Positions 20,165 to 34,037 of a stretch of DNA of 64,000 nt are shown piece by piece. Numbering within the stretch: the stretch's first letter is position 1; the number at the start of each line of letters is the position of its first letter. Source of the DNA: Amphiscolops sp. MND2022 (lineage: Eukaryota); the NCBI GenBank assembly GCA_964187785.1, contig OZ076413.1, forward strand, positions 46,688,001-46,752,000, read 5' to 3'. The notes beneath the pieces were generated by a model that was not told the origin of the DNA, did no database searches, and saw only the letters and a program-made list of their open reading frames with translations. A program made the position numbers and the translations under genes.

Positions 20165-20970
20165 TTTTTAGTCGGCGCATTTCAACAAAACCGACGCAAC
20201 TGTTACAGTGGCAAATTTTTTTTGTCAAATAACAGAATGAATGCGTTGATGACACTTTTTACAGAAACTACTAAACTACGGACCGCAAAAACGCGTCCAA
20301 GTTACTGCAAAGGTTCCCCCTATCATTTATTGCACTTTTAATGTAACGTACAACACCGGAGGATACTACAGGGTCCCTCGATTTTTTGGCACTATGAGCC
20401 TTGTTTTCGAACATATTTTTATTGTCTCCTAAGGTTCCCTTCTTCAATTTGACGTATTTTAGATGTCTCGAGACACCTAAAATACGTCAAAATGAAGAAG
20501 GGAACCTTAGGAGACAATAAAAATATGTTCGAAAACAAGGCTCATAGTGCCAAAAAATATAACGATCGTTATATCCGACGTAAGTTGCATTCCACTAAAA
20601 AGGTAGAATTTCGAAAACATTGCGCTTACATTCAATTTTTTGACGTTAAACCCCAAGTAAATTGCGTTTTACTGAGCAGGAAATAGAGGTTCAAAAACTT
20701 TGCGCAAAATCCGAGTAATGACGTTAGATTCGAAGTAAATTGTGTTTTACTAAGGCGGAAATGGATTTTCACAATTATTGCGCTATATCAGAATTTTGAC
20801 GTTATAACCGGAGTAAATAGCGTTTCACTAAGGAGAAGGCAAGGTTCAAAAAAGTGCTCCCATGTGGCTCGGCAAGCATTATTTAAAGCGTTTTCCGAGC
20901 GCGAGAGGTGTATCCTTTGAGTGTTTCGACATTTTTATGTGAGTTTTTCATAAAACCAAGCGCTGAGCAT
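20165..20970 (+). mobile_element. HINE/DINE-1-like non-autonomous Helentron-type repeat, rearranged
   Basis: Starts TTTTTAGTCGGCGCA. Contains the palindrome below and about three degenerate 77-bp units (TGACGTTA..AGTAAAT.GCGTTTTACT) at 20620-20850. The 3' limit is approximate. Confidence 0.5.
20381..20558. repeat. 178-bp spacerless palindrome
   Basis: 89-bp arms centred on TCTC|GAGA (20469/20470), 2 mismatches. Confidence 0.95.
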
Positions 20971-22223
20971 CTTTTAAAAACTTTGCACTTTTGAGCCCAA
21001 AGTTTTCAATAATACATCAAATGAATGAGCATAAAACCTATGTTGGATGGCTCCTACAATAAGACGTGAGGTGGCAAAAACATATTTTCTATCTTTATAT
21101 CCGATACTATTGAACCGAAACAGGGTCTCGACTATAGGAAAATTACCAGAACAGTTATTTTGATCATACGCCAATGCTCATGGGGCAAAATTGATACAAA
21201 TACATTTGAAAGTGATAGGAAATACAAGCAACTAGCTTTTCGTACTGAAATCCAATATGACAGCGCCCGTTATGCAAAAAACTTCGAATTTTTCATCGAA
21301 ATTTCTCAAGGACTGCTAAGTACTGAACCAGGTCTGGTAAAAACTCCATTTTTTGAAAACTGGGGAAATCCTTGGCAGTCTTTGGAAATTTTGAGTTATC
21401 CTGTCAAGGACTTTTAATCCTTGAGTTGTCATAGCAAGGACTCAAGTTCACTGGAGTGTCATTTCGGGTTTTACGTTATTAAAACACAACTAGACACTTT
21501 TTAAGCCAAAAAAAGCTCCGGTTTAGGTCGCTATCGGCTTGCTTATCTTTGACATAATTGTTATACAACGTTCACGGATCATAATTAAACACTAGCTGCA
21601 TTCAAAACATAAGGCATTATGCAAAAAAAATAAATTTTATACATTTTGTTGACATTTATCGGCATGTTTGACCTGTATTAGTACATAAACACTTTCGACT
21701 GATAAAACAATGCCAGTTCAACCCGTAGATTTAGATGGAAGCTAGAAGAAATATCAATTATGTAGATTAGTCTTTGATTTCCCACTGGAAGAATTCGATA
21801 GAGTCAGTCAACAGAATTTGCTCGGACATTGGATTCTCCTCCTCTGACCAGCTTCGCAAACATTATTTCTAGCCCATACCTATATTTTTATGACCTATGT
21901 TCAATAAAAATTAGCAGAAAATAAACTCTAAACATTTAATTTGTGCTCCTGAAGTAAACAGTTTGCACCCATCGTTCAATGGGTGTCCCTTTGGCAATTT
22001 TAGAAATTGTTGATCGTTCATTAATTTTATATCCCAAGAATGAAGTTTTAATGACACAATTTTCTGAGAAACATCCCAAGTGCCTTTAGAGCACCGATGT
22101 AATCGGGTACGGCAGTAGAGCAAATTGCTTCCAAGTAGACTGTTTTGTAATCTTGTTGTTGACGCTATGGTAGCATCTAATTGAGTATCATTTCTCGTTT
22201 CTGTTTTTAGTAGGTTGTTGTTA

Positions 22224-22773
22224 CCCTAGTTGAGACTGCAGTAACTTTTTACATGCTGCAGGCCTGCATGCAGGGTAATTTTTTATAAAACCTAGAAAAT
22301 TCAGTGACATTTCAGGCGGTAAATCTTGTAGAATTACACTGCATTTTCCACTACTGCAATTAAAATTGAAAATAAATACAACATCATCACCGACACGACC
22401 ACTTTGTATTTACACTTTGTTTTCTCAACAACTCATCTGATGCGATCACCGCTTTTCAAATAGGACGCTAAACATGACGCTACTTTGCAGTTTATTACGT
22501 GACTGAAGTTATTTTGCATTAAAATGGCTGTTGAACTGAGAGCGATTTGTTTGCTTTTAAAATTAGAACAGCTTCTTTAAGAAACCTGCAAAACTTCAAG
22601 GACTAAAATTGCCGCCAAAACTTTGATGAATCTTTCAAGCAGCTTGATAAAAGTCGAAAACAACAGGTAAATATTTTCGCATTAAAGTTTCCGTAAGAGT
22701 TTTAGAAAATCATAATAAAAGTTGCTGGCAACATTAAAGTACATGCAAAAAGTTCAAGAAGTTTCAACCAGGG
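22224..22773. mobile_element. MITE with CCC termini and TA flanks
   Basis: TA|CCCTAGTTGA...TCAACCAGGG|TA. A related inverted copy lies at about 26625-27158. Confidence 0.7.
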
Positions 22774-22841
22774 TAGTGAACAGCTAAGATCTAAGCGGTC
22801 TCGGCCATAACCGAGTAAACTTCATCTTTTGAATTATACTA

Positions 22842-23215
22842 CAGATGAATTCGTCTGATAGCAAGTCGCACGGGATCCTGAAAAATCTTGCTAATAAAAA
22901 AACTTGCTAATATCCAAACATGACTTTAATTAGCATTTCTATCACAAAAATATGCATTTAAGGTAGTTTGGCGCATATTTTGTTGGCGCTGACAAGCGAT
23001 AAAGACATCAATGTTCTGTAAACTGCTCATATGCGGCCAACTGCCCTCTGGATTTGCCATAAACTGTCGAATTAACCCAGTTGAAGACATAGCATCTTGT
23101 GCGGTGACTTGATTTTGCTCAATTTCAATTATTTCATCGTCATTTTCAGTGCTAATAAAGTTGCTAATAAATGTATCTTGCTAATAGAGCAATTGCTAAT
23201 AGACAAATTCATCTG
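22842..23215. mobile_element. Tc1/mariner-pogo-type MITE (374 bp)
   Basis: TA|CAGATGAATTCGTCT...AGACAAATTCATCTG|TA, with internal TTGCTAATA repeats. Confidence 0.8.
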
Positions 23216-23444
23216 TAATTTACCAGGAGTCTTAGAAAAGTAATAAAATTGTCTTTTGTGGTTTTTACAGACTGCACTTGCAAACAAGCTCTTGCGTACT
23301 AGCTTCGGCTTCTAATTAAAAACTAGTTCAAAAATGAGAATGGTTGAAGTTCTACTGTGTGGATTCCATACGTTGGGTTCCGGATGCGCTCATCTTTTAG
23401 CCGCGTCTTATACTCCCAAATGAATAAAACATTCGTCTTGAATA

Positions 23445-23620
23445 CCCAGGTTAACCATCATGGCTAATTCATGGATATTCATCCATGATTCATCCATGAT
23501 TCATGGATCGCCATGTCATGAATCATTCCATGATCTTGGAAAGATATCCATGATTCATGGATGATTCATGGATGGAAACCCATGATTCATGGATGGAAAC
23601 CCATGATTCATGGATTAAAT
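23445..23620. repeat. Left end of a CCC-type MITE with a CATGATTCATGG subterminal array
   Basis: TA|CCCAGGTT followed by many CCATG/CATGG short palindromic repeats. I found no clear right end. Confidence 0.5.
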
Positions 23621-26600
23621 CCCCGACGCCGAGGATGATCTTCGATGCAAATTAATGCGAAGGCCCAGTTTTTGAACTGGCCGTTGAACTGGATACGCCA
23701 GATTCGATGAATTATGAAAAGAATAGTACCATTAAATCTAGTTTCGGATTGATGAATTCCGAAAAGACCCTCAAAAATGATGAAAATACCGAAAAAGAGT
23801 ACAAATTAAACGGATATCATGGGATTGGACATCTCTGCAAAGGAATAATTCCCACAACAAGATTACCTGAAATAAGAGAAATTATATTCAAAGATGTCGG
23901 ACTTTCTAGGTTCTCCACAAGCAGATCTTGCAGAATTATACCCAAGTCCTTATACTGTATTTGTGAAGAGAGGCTCTCAGCTAGTATGGCATTCCAACCA
24001 CACATGACAGGACCCACGACGGGAAAATCTATAGACGAAAACTCACTTGAACTCCCATCCTTGGATTGCATGTAAACAAGGTTAGCATTTTACATGGTAA
24101 TTTCCTTCGATCTCTATCTTTCTCATAAGTTTAGGGAGCTAGAAAGACAAATAATGGATACAATTAACCTAATTAGCGGATTCTGTCGATATTTTTTCTG
24201 TCGAAAAGCAAATGTGATATCAAAAAAAAAGAATCCACAATCTTTGCGAAAAATAGCTGAGTCCCACGTATTAGGATGATAAACGAAAATTGAATGAAAT
24301 AATAGAGAACCCTTAATATGAATGTACTACAAGTTTTCTAGATCTGAAACAGATGAAAGTCTCCAGAATATGGTAGGGGTTTTGAATATTTTATTCTTAT
24401 TCGAATATTATCATTGCCTAAAAATGAATTATTTTGTTTTCAGGGTGGAAAAATGAATGACTTTATGAATTTTTTTTGCTGAAATAAGTATTTTTATTCT
24501 CAGCGAAATACAGATATCAACAGAAACTTAAATTTTGCTCTGAACAGCTCTGAACAAACATACCAATATTTTTTGTTAGCCATAAAAAACATATGCGACT
24601 CGAAGTTCACTGGGCTGTGATAGTTTTTGGCGGTGATCTCCCATGGCACGTTCTGCTTTGCTAAAACGTCGTTCCGCATTGTTAGAAACTTTCGTCTTAG
24701 TTTTAGTTGTTTCAAGAACAAATATTTTTATTTTACCAGGTCCAAAAATATTTTTTTGTTCATTTGGTCGTAAAAATAAATTATTTTATTTTATTTACTG
24801 TAATTATTTTTACCCATAAATATTTATTGAACACGCCTGGGAAATGGAGAAACACCGGTCAAGTAGACAAAAGTTGAAAATTAGCAGCCAAATGATACAA
24901 AATTGGCTGAAATGATGTCGTCCGTTCCAATCGTAAAAATACAATGAATGAAAATGAAAGTAGGTTTTTTTATTATTTGCAAACCTACAATTCAAATGCC
25001 TTGCAAAATTGTAGAAAAATCATTTGATATTCAAATGATCTGGGCGATAGCAAAATTGATAGCTTTTTTGTTTTAGGGTTTAGACCATTTTTTGGTTTCA
25101 GTTTCTTACACTATTGTAGGTTTGCTAATATTGAATAAACCTCCTATTTACATTTTTCATGAATTGTAATTACTATTGAATTGGCATCTGGGTCATCATT
25201 TAGGCCAATTTTGTAACAGTTAGCTGCTGCATCTCCTGAAGACATTAATCTGTTTTACATCACGAAATTTTGTATTATATAGTTTTTTGTTGTTTCCTAT
25301 TATTTATTGTCACTTATTTTATTACGAGGGACTCAACAAAAAGATTGGAAAATCTTTTTTTTGTTTTTAGATTTTTTTGGACAAAATTGATGTCAACAGA
25401 ATCATCTAATTAGGTGATTTTATCTTTTATCTTAAGCATTCAATTTGTCGTTTGATTTCCCCAAATTTCTGGGTAAAACAGAGTGAAAGAAATCACCATA
25501 TAAAATGTTTTGTTTACACGCCGTCCAAGATTTTTCCTAGATAAATTTTCTTCACTACAAAGTACTCGATTCTTTATCCGAAGTTTTATCTAGAGCTCAG
25601 ACCAGAATCAAGCATTGAAAATTTTTTCCATAACATAAAATTCGTGATTCAATGTTTGCAAAATTTAAAACGTCAGGACGAACTAATTGTGTTTGTGCAG
25701 TCCTCAAAATATATCATCACATATTTAGAGCCCTGTATCCGTTCACCCACAATGATTTTACGCACCTTCGTTTCTCTCCAGAATCATGCATTCAATGCCG
25801 TGTCATTGTGACTAAAAAGTTCGAATTTTGCAAGTAGTCGAAATACTTTTGATTCTGAAAGAAATGAAGTCTTTCTCAATGCTCAAAGCCAAAATAACTC
25901 GACAAAAATGTCAGGCGTTTGATTTCTTTGACAAAACATGAGAGCCATAATGCTGTTTTGATACGATTTCAAAATTTCAACAATTAATGGCTATCGAAAA
26001 AGCACAATAAAAGTGGCTCTTGCGCTTGGGAATGCTGTTGTCTATAACAAATAGTCAAATAATTTTTGTCTTTGAAATCGTTTTCAAGCAATTTTTGAAC
26101 TATTTTTCCTGAATTTTTGTGTTTTAGTAGAAACTTAACCTGGAACGACACTCTGCTGGTAGAATTCATGACCAAAATGAACTGAAAACGAACTGCTATT
26201 ACAGGCTGGTAGCTTTTGCTATATTTTGAGAGTTCTGATATCAGTGAAGTTGAAAGATTTGTCAAATTGCAACTTGGCGTTAACATAATGATACAGAAAA
26301 CGTCATCTTGCATTGCAGTTTCAGTCATTCCTTATAAGTGTTTAGGGATTCCGGAACAAACTTTGTATACTTGTCATTATTTTCTGATATGTGCAAATCT
26401 TTGAACGAAAACAAAAAGTTTTTCATGCTGACTGTTCGATGCTCACATTTCGAATAGTTCATTTATTAACGATATAAAGTTACATTGCAATATATCAACT
26501 TAATAAACGTCAAAAAGACATAAAAGAGCTTTTCAGCTCGACATTGAAGTTTTCGCCCAGAGAGTCAACTTTACTTCCTAAAGTTATAACCAATGAATAA

Positions 26601-26624
26601 AAATAGATTTCTTTAGGAAGTAAA

Positions 26625-27158
26625 GTTGGAACTGCTTGAACTTTTTACATGTTTGTGTAGGTTACCAAGCTAATTTTCCATGATTTTATAAAATTCTCAA
26701 AGAAATGTCCATGCATTAAATCTTCACTGATTTGATTTAATTTTACCAAGCTGCCTATAAAATGCATCTTAAATTTGGCGGCAATTCTGCGCCGCGACGT
26801 TTTGCAGGTTTCATAAAGACGCCGTTCTAATTTTGAAAGCTGCTTAATCAATTTTACCGCGCTTTCAATGCAAACAAATTTCAGTCACATTATAAGTTTC
26901 AAAGTAGCGTCATATTCAGTGTGCTATTTGGCTAACGGTGATTACATAAGGTACTTACATGAGAAACTTACGCGTGAAAAAGTGATCGCTGCGGCGAAGA
27001 AGTGGAATAGTTTTCAGTTTTAATTCAAATAGTGAAGGCTGCATTGTAATCCTACAAAATGTTTCCATGCACGGTCCCGGAATTTTCTATGTTTTATAAA
27101 AAATTAGCCTGCATGTTTCCATGCAGCATGTAAAAAGTTCGAACAATCTCGACTAGGG
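26625..27158. mobile_element. Inverted copy of the 22224-22773 MITE family
   Basis: Ends CTCGACTAGGG. TTGAACTTTTTACATGT and GCGGCAATT..TTTTGCAGGTTTC are reverse complements of sequences in the 22224-22773 copy. Confidence 0.6.
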
Positions 27159-27282
27159 AATTCTGAAGCCTTAAGTGTTTACTTCTAGTATTTCTGATTT
27201 TCCATGTGAATCATTAGTTATAAGTAATGATTCACATGGAAAATCAGAAATACTAGAAGTAAACACTTAAGGCTTCAGAATT
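27159..27282. repeat. 124-bp spacerless palindrome
   Basis: 62-bp arms centred on TTA|TAA (27220/27221), 1 mismatch. Confidence 0.95.
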
Positions 27283-30200
27283 GTTTGAAATAAAATTGTC
27301 AGCAATGTTTCTTATGACACTTTTAACTGACGATTCTGACAGTCTTTTTCCAAGTTCGGGAGTAAACTATTGCTAAAAGACCTTTCGCTTTTCTCCGCGT
27401 GTTCACATCGGCCGGAATGTAAATACCAGATACAAAATCGCAACGGCGACTTTCAGATTTTGAGGTGCAAATTACTTGTCTTTTAAGACTTTTTAACATT
27501 TCAAACATTTTTTACCACAGTTACTTCCAGAAGTTTTTAAATTATTATGTTTAAAAACTTCTAAAGTTTTGGGTGTTCAAAAAATCGCAGTGAAAAAATT
27601 AGGGTGAAATAATCATGGGGTGAACTGTACGGGTGGTGAAATTATACCACAACGAAAAAATAGTTTTGATGGCATAATTAATACAAGTTTGAATTCGAAT
27701 ATTTATCGAACAGACTTTTAAGATAACATTTTTTTTAATTTTTGAAAGACTCATTATTTCTTCCCCATAAATACCGTAATTGCATAGACGTAACTTGTAT
27801 TTTGACCTAATTTCACGCTCAGCGATTTCAGTTGTTTCCAACCAAGTCAGAAATCAGACATATATTGAAGAACTGTGTATAAAATTAAGTTTCTAACGAG
27901 CATGATTGCAAACAGCGGATTTTACCCCCTGTGTTTATAAACAATAATCACCCTATCATAAATATCAGACCGAATAATTGTCGAAACTTCGGATCCAAAA
28001 ATGTTCACATGTGGCTAATTGGACAACACAAATTTCCAGGTTTAGTCTTCTCTTCTATGAACATGGTTATATGGAGCATGTTGTTAAATTCAATCAGTTT
28101 TATATTTATAAATCAGTCATTTTGAAGTCTGACGCCAAATTTTGATACCATTTGACCATAACTAGTTTGAAAGGAGTTATGCGACCTTGCCAGACTTTTA
28201 ACAAATAGGCGCCAAGTATATGCAACTACCCAAGACGGAATACACTGACTGATACCATTTTGTGGCACAGTTCATATTTCACAAACAAGTCTCCCAAATA
28301 GGCCTGAAAATTTTGAAGTAATAAAACCTTGTGGAAGTTTTGTGTTCGCGAAGGTTGCACGCCAATTCACAGCAGGTATTATTAGGAAAGGGATAAAATA
28401 TACAGACAGGATCATCAGAGTCTCTCAGTATACCTCAGAGCATCTTGAATCGGGAATTAATTAAGAAATCAAACAGTGATTTCACGCTTGTCGAAAGAAC
28501 GTCATACCCCAATACTCCCCACGGTATAAAACGAACTGAAGAGACTAACTGCTAACAAAAGAGCTATTATGCGCAATTGCATTTTTATTTTTCGGAATAA
28601 AGAAGAATTTTTCCATAAATCTTAATATATCCATGTTTTTGTTTCACCGGTCATTGTAAAAACATGTACACCCGGAATCATTTTATTTTTAAATGGTATG
28701 ATTATTTTTTAAGCAAGGGGCGGAACGCATTGGGACAAGTGTATAGCAACTGTCAATCACCAGTGACATGCGTGGAAAGCGTTGTGAAACGAGAGGAAAA
28801 AGTCCCTTAAGAAGACCGAATTACGGCTTTTTTGAATACAATGGAATTTTCCACTGCTTAAGACATGGTCATAAATTAAAATTCTTTACTGCTCAATAAT
28901 TGCTAGCTTTGTATCACAATTATGTTGATCAGAGAAGAAAAAGTCTCAGAAACCTTCATCAATCTACGTTCAATACATGTATTTCTTTCAGTATGACTTC
29001 CCAATAATTTTTGGAATTTAGAAAAAAAGACAGGTTGCTGCAGAAATTCATTACCAAAGAAACCCAATGTGGGAATTTCACAAAATAATTGGCTAACTTA
29101 CCATTGCCTACATAAAGACAACTGTAAAAAATTTTCTTGTAAGAATCTTGTAAAAGCTGCGTCTCGCTGGAAAAATCTATCGCAATATACAATAAAAACT
29201 GCATTCCGTGACAATTAGGCAATGAAGTCCATATCGGAATTATTCCACTACTTTGGACAGATTTCATGCGGGCAAAACCTCAATTTTTGTAAATGTGAGC
29301 ACTACAATTCAGACGTAAACAAAAAATCTAAATTTACCAGTGTGGCAAACAAAGTGGAGACACTGGAACGTTTTCAGAGAAAAAATTTCTGTTCACGCAA
29401 ACTGTTGAAAATTTTGATATTTATTGCTTTCCGCTTTTGGAAAACGGAAAAAATGATTCCAAAGTTCTATAGGGTTTTCTCGAGGGACTACTTTAGAGAA
29501 ACTTGTAAAACTGAGAAAAATACCAGAGAAAAGAAGTTTATATGAGCATTTTCGTTCGAATTCCTTGCGGAAATGAAAATTTTTGAGGTTTGATGATAAA
29601 AGTCGAAAAATATGAAAAGTTTAATTTCGGGAAATTTACAATCAGGAACAACTTCAAAAGAAGTTTGGTACGACCGAGAATAACGTCTGAGGAATAACAA
29701 GTGATTTTAGATCTTATTCCCTTTAGAACTTTCATTTTAGTTCTCATCTCAATTGAATCTTTTTCTAGTGGATCTTATTCCCCTTGTATCGTATACAAAG
29801 AGGAGGAAAACAAGATCTAAAATTTATTGATTTTGGATCTTATTCCCTTTAGATTGTATTCCAGTGCTGAAATTTCAGATCTTATGCCCTTTGGATCTTA
29901 TCCTGAGAAGGGAGATCAAGATCTGAAACTTGTTGATTTTAGGTCCGTTTCCCTTTAGATCCTATTCTTTAGATCTTATTCCCCCTCCACACACACTTTT
30001 CGTTTTATGCATGCGGTGTTTGTAGTTTTTAGCTTATCCGTAGCTCAGATGGATGTACAATCGAAATCAACCAAAATTGCGCCCTCTTCAAGTTGGCTCC
30101 AGAGCGTTTAGATATGCAAACCTTAGAACTTTAGATTACGTAAAAACCGGAAATCTGGAATTACTGGATTTAGTACAGTTTTTGCTTTTGTCTTTCAAAA

Positions 30201-30870
30201 CTTCCAATTGCTCATTTCCAAGTAGACTTTCTGAGAGCGTGAGGTCCTAAAAGTATGGCGAGGCTATCAAAAGTTTTTCAAAGAAGATATAATCAATTTT
30301 TTACTTTTTGAAGTTTTATGTTTTTTTTGCTGATACCATTTTGTTAATAATTTTTTGAATCCAAGACATTATGCCAAAATTGTAACTTTTGTGTGAACTC
30401 TGTTAACGAAACTAAAAAGAAGCACCCTAGAAAGCTATTCGGATCCACAATTGACATCGGTGAAGTTCAGAAATTGTTGCTTTTTTCAGTCAAAATTTTG
30501 TTAGAACCTACTGAAGAATTCAGATATTTTGTTCGGCAGTGAGTATAAGCGTGAGATTCAAACTTCCAGGCTGCCGACAACAATTCGCTTCTCGTGTGAT
30601 GGAACGAGCGAGTGGTAATTATGCACTCGTACGCCGAATTCATTGAGATGAAGCGAACAATTGTTCGTAATTATGCTTTCGTACGCCGAGTTATTGGAAT
30701 GAAGCGAACGAGTGTTAATTATTCGTTCGCCAAGAGCTTCACCTGAAATCAAATGCGAATGCGAAATTTCGTCTACGCTTAGTAGTTATATTTTCTTCAG
30801 TCCGAGAAGAATTAAAGTCGGTTTAAACTTGTACCGTGAATATTTGTGCGCTATATAATGATTAAACGGG

Positions 30871-31045
30871 AGTGTTTAGTTATTATTCCAGCTATGCTTC
30901 TTTTGTTGAACGTGAAAGCAGAAATAAAACTGTGTTTCGAGAAATAAAAAGAAATCATTATGAAAGTGTTTAGTTATTATTCCAGATTTGCTTCTTTTAT
31001 TGAACGTGAAAGCAGAAATAAGACTGTGTTTCGAGAAATAAAACG
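30871..31045. repeat. Tandem duplication, period about 94 bp
   Basis: AGTGTTTAGTTATTATTCCAG...CTGTGTTTCGAGAAATAAAA occurs at 30871 and 30965. Confidence 0.85.
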
Positions 31046-33190
31046 AATTCTTTCTTAAAAACTTTTGAGTTGCAGCGACCTTTTTCAACGCGCAGTGAAA
31101 TGGTGAAATGCTGCAAGGATTTTCCGAGCTGCAGGATAGTTTTTGAAGTTTATTATCTGAGCGCTGTCTGAATTTTTCATGTTTCATAGAAAATTACTCT
31201 GCGTGCTGGCCTGCAACACGTAAAAACTCCCGGCAGTTTCGACTAGGGAATCAACTCACATTTTGTTCAATTTCGGACTTTGCTCAGGCATCAGAAGCAT
31301 CCTTTGGCCTTCAATATCCTATCATCGGAGCCAAAAAAAAATCACAAATTCTAGAACACCGGAATTTTCAACCACCGTTGTCGTTGTTCAGTTCCACATC
31401 TACTGTCCTTTTTCGAAGTTGAAAACATCAAACTCTGTGAACAAGGTTGTGATAATTGAACAAACAAAGTGTTCTTGAGTTTGAACGCCAACTTTTCTGA
31501 AGCAAACTTTGCAAATCTACCTTTGAATTTTATCATCAACCAGTTAATGTGTTTTGCTCTGCACTTTCTTTCTTTCTTTCTATAATCGTTTGAGTAACGA
31601 TATCTCCTGCAGTAGATACTTGCAGGGTTATTGAATGTGTATTCCTTCAGTATAAAACCGGAAAAAAGCAGACTTTTTTGCAAAACGCCATGCTCGACGT
31701 TTGCAGTTACAGAATCCTGACTCGGAGATATTGATTTTAACTCTACCCGGATAAAATACATCATGCATGATACTCCATACATGAAATGGTTTCTCAATGT
31801 TTCGTATCAAATTTTAAGCCGTTTTCATACAATTAATAAAGGCATACATTTTTGTATATCGAATCGTATGGCAGCTTTTTAATTCACTTACGGTTCATCT
31901 GAAGCTTTTAGATCACCACAAAAATATCGCTTCAACATATACTTCAAACAAATGGATGCGTTGATTTCGTTTTCGTACAGCTTAATAAGTAAAGCTTAAT
32001 GTTTACTTTTTTCAGCTTTGGGCCGCATTTTAAGCTGTGAATACGGCAAAAAATGACAGCAAAATGCCAAATTTTACTCAAAAAGCGAAGTATTTGACAG
32101 CTCAAAAATTTGATACTTCAGGCAAAGAAGTCTTTTTCAAAGATTCTCGATTCGCATTACCCTAAACCTACTGAGTAGAACAAAAATCTACAAAGAGGAC
32201 GCACGCAATCAAGTGTTATACAATATATTTTTCCGCAAGTCATTTACGAGAGAATGAAAAGAAGTATTGAAATGAATTTCAAAATATATTCATTACTCTC
32301 TGTATCAGATTATTGAATTTGCTTATCCCACTTTAGTGCACTTTTTGAACTTTTTGGGAGAAAACGAAATAAAAATTATTGTATCTATGAGTTTCGTCTT
32401 GGATTAATGTATCAATATCTTCATTTTGTATTTTTAATGCAATTTTTTAATTCTGCATTTAAACAAAAAAAAACAATAATTTTGATATTTTCCGCCCATG
32501 CTCTATAGCATTGGATAGCGGAAAATAATCCCCCTGTCGCGTTTCGTTCTACAATTTTTGCTTAACCCTGAATTTTTGTTTTAAAATGTAAGTCCACCAC
32601 AGAATTGAGCGATAATGAAATGATTAAGTTTCGTAGTATATATTAAAAAATTTTCGAAAAGTTGAATCACTTTATTCTAGTCTATAATCTGTTGCCAAAT
32701 TCTGATGTTATTTCGTAAAAAAGAAAATTTTCGTAAAAAAGAAAAATTTCGTAAAAAAGAAAATTTTTCAGTTTCAAAATTAAAAACAGTTCAAAACCTA
32801 ATAATAAACTCGATTACGTGCCAGCCTAGGGTTTGTTTTGAGGAGAACCGCTTGGGTTTTGGACACTTCAATTCGCAAAAAGACCAATTTCTCTATTTTA
32901 CCTAAATAGGAAGAATGACTTACAGCACGAAAAGTGTTTTATTTTTCTACGTCCGCATAAAGTACCCGTGGTAATGATTATCAAAAAAGGTGTGTTGAAA
33001 TATAATTACGCAAAGTGAAAACAATATGCAAACAAAAATTCAAAATTAATGTTTAATTGCGCAATTTGAGTGAAGCCTTCTGTTAACTATCTATAGCGAA
33101 CTATCTATCAGAGCGAACTTCGATGCATTGCTGAACAGTCGTGTTTACCACCACGCGCTGCAAGATCAAAATTGAACCGATTACGTAATA

Positions 33191-34013
33191 ATGGCTTCAT
33201 TGAAAGAAAAACTTTATCAAATTGAAAGCTCTCTTGACCCAAAACTATTCGCATTCCTATCAGAATTAGTTTCAAATATCATTGAGAAGGACCAAGTTAT
33301 CACAACATTTCAAAAAAAAGTTTGTTATTTGAACAAAAAAGTGAATGAGCTAGAACGTTATTCATCTAAAGACTGTATTATCATCCAGAATTTACATCTT
33401 TTGTCGCCGAATCAGACCTTAGTGGAGGACGTGGTACGATTACTCAACGAACAACTCCAAATAAAGGTTATGTCTTCTGATATAGTAGCTTGTCATTTCC
33501 TAGCGCCATATAAAGGTTTGGTTGAAAAATTACTCGAATCCCATTAATGGCTTCCCTGTATATTTCAGGGAACGATTAACGAAAAGTGACAGAGATCTTA
33601 TGGATTACATGCATGGGCTTGGTCTGAAAACCGATACCAACAATTGTGTTCCCCAAATTTTGATAAAGACACAGAACGGTATTCGTAAGCATAACGTGGT
33701 TGATGCAGCCGATGCTGACGAAATTCTGGAAAGTGGCAAAGCAGTGCTTATGAAAGAAACCAAGAAGATACCAATGAGTACTCATAATGTTACTACGAAA
33801 ACACCAAATGCTAAACGAAACAGACCAGATTCAGCGAAACCAACATTTGATGTAGAAATGACGAACCAATTGAAAATGCTACGAGATCAATCTGACCCTG
33901 GAAAACTGAAACAATACATTGATATGCTAGTTGGCGACTCCCCTCCAGCAAAAACGTGTAATAAAGGCCATGAAGACGAAACCAGCAGCAGTGTTACTCC
34001 AATGACTGACTAA
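33191..34013 (+). pseudogene. LINE ORF1 (coiled coil plus RRM-like region), frameshifted or internally deleted
   Basis: LNKKVNELERYSSKDCIIIQNL..DIVACH..VYFRERLT, a pattern typical of CR1/L2-type ORF1p. Confidence 0.75.
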
Positions 34014-34037
34014 CTCCATAACATTACATAGCCTAAA

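Noticed and set aside
23707..24279. Host exons or RT fragment
   Set aside because: The ORFs on both strands have no motif I can recognise and no supportable splice structure.
27840..28560. Old LINE RT C-terminal remnant on the minus strand
   Set aside because: Only a faint YLG-like resemblance (EYWGMT) with stops in all frames; insufficient support.
32711..32768. Three copies of an 18-bp TTTCGTAAAAAAGAAAA unit
   Set aside because: Ordinary minisatellite with no further structure.
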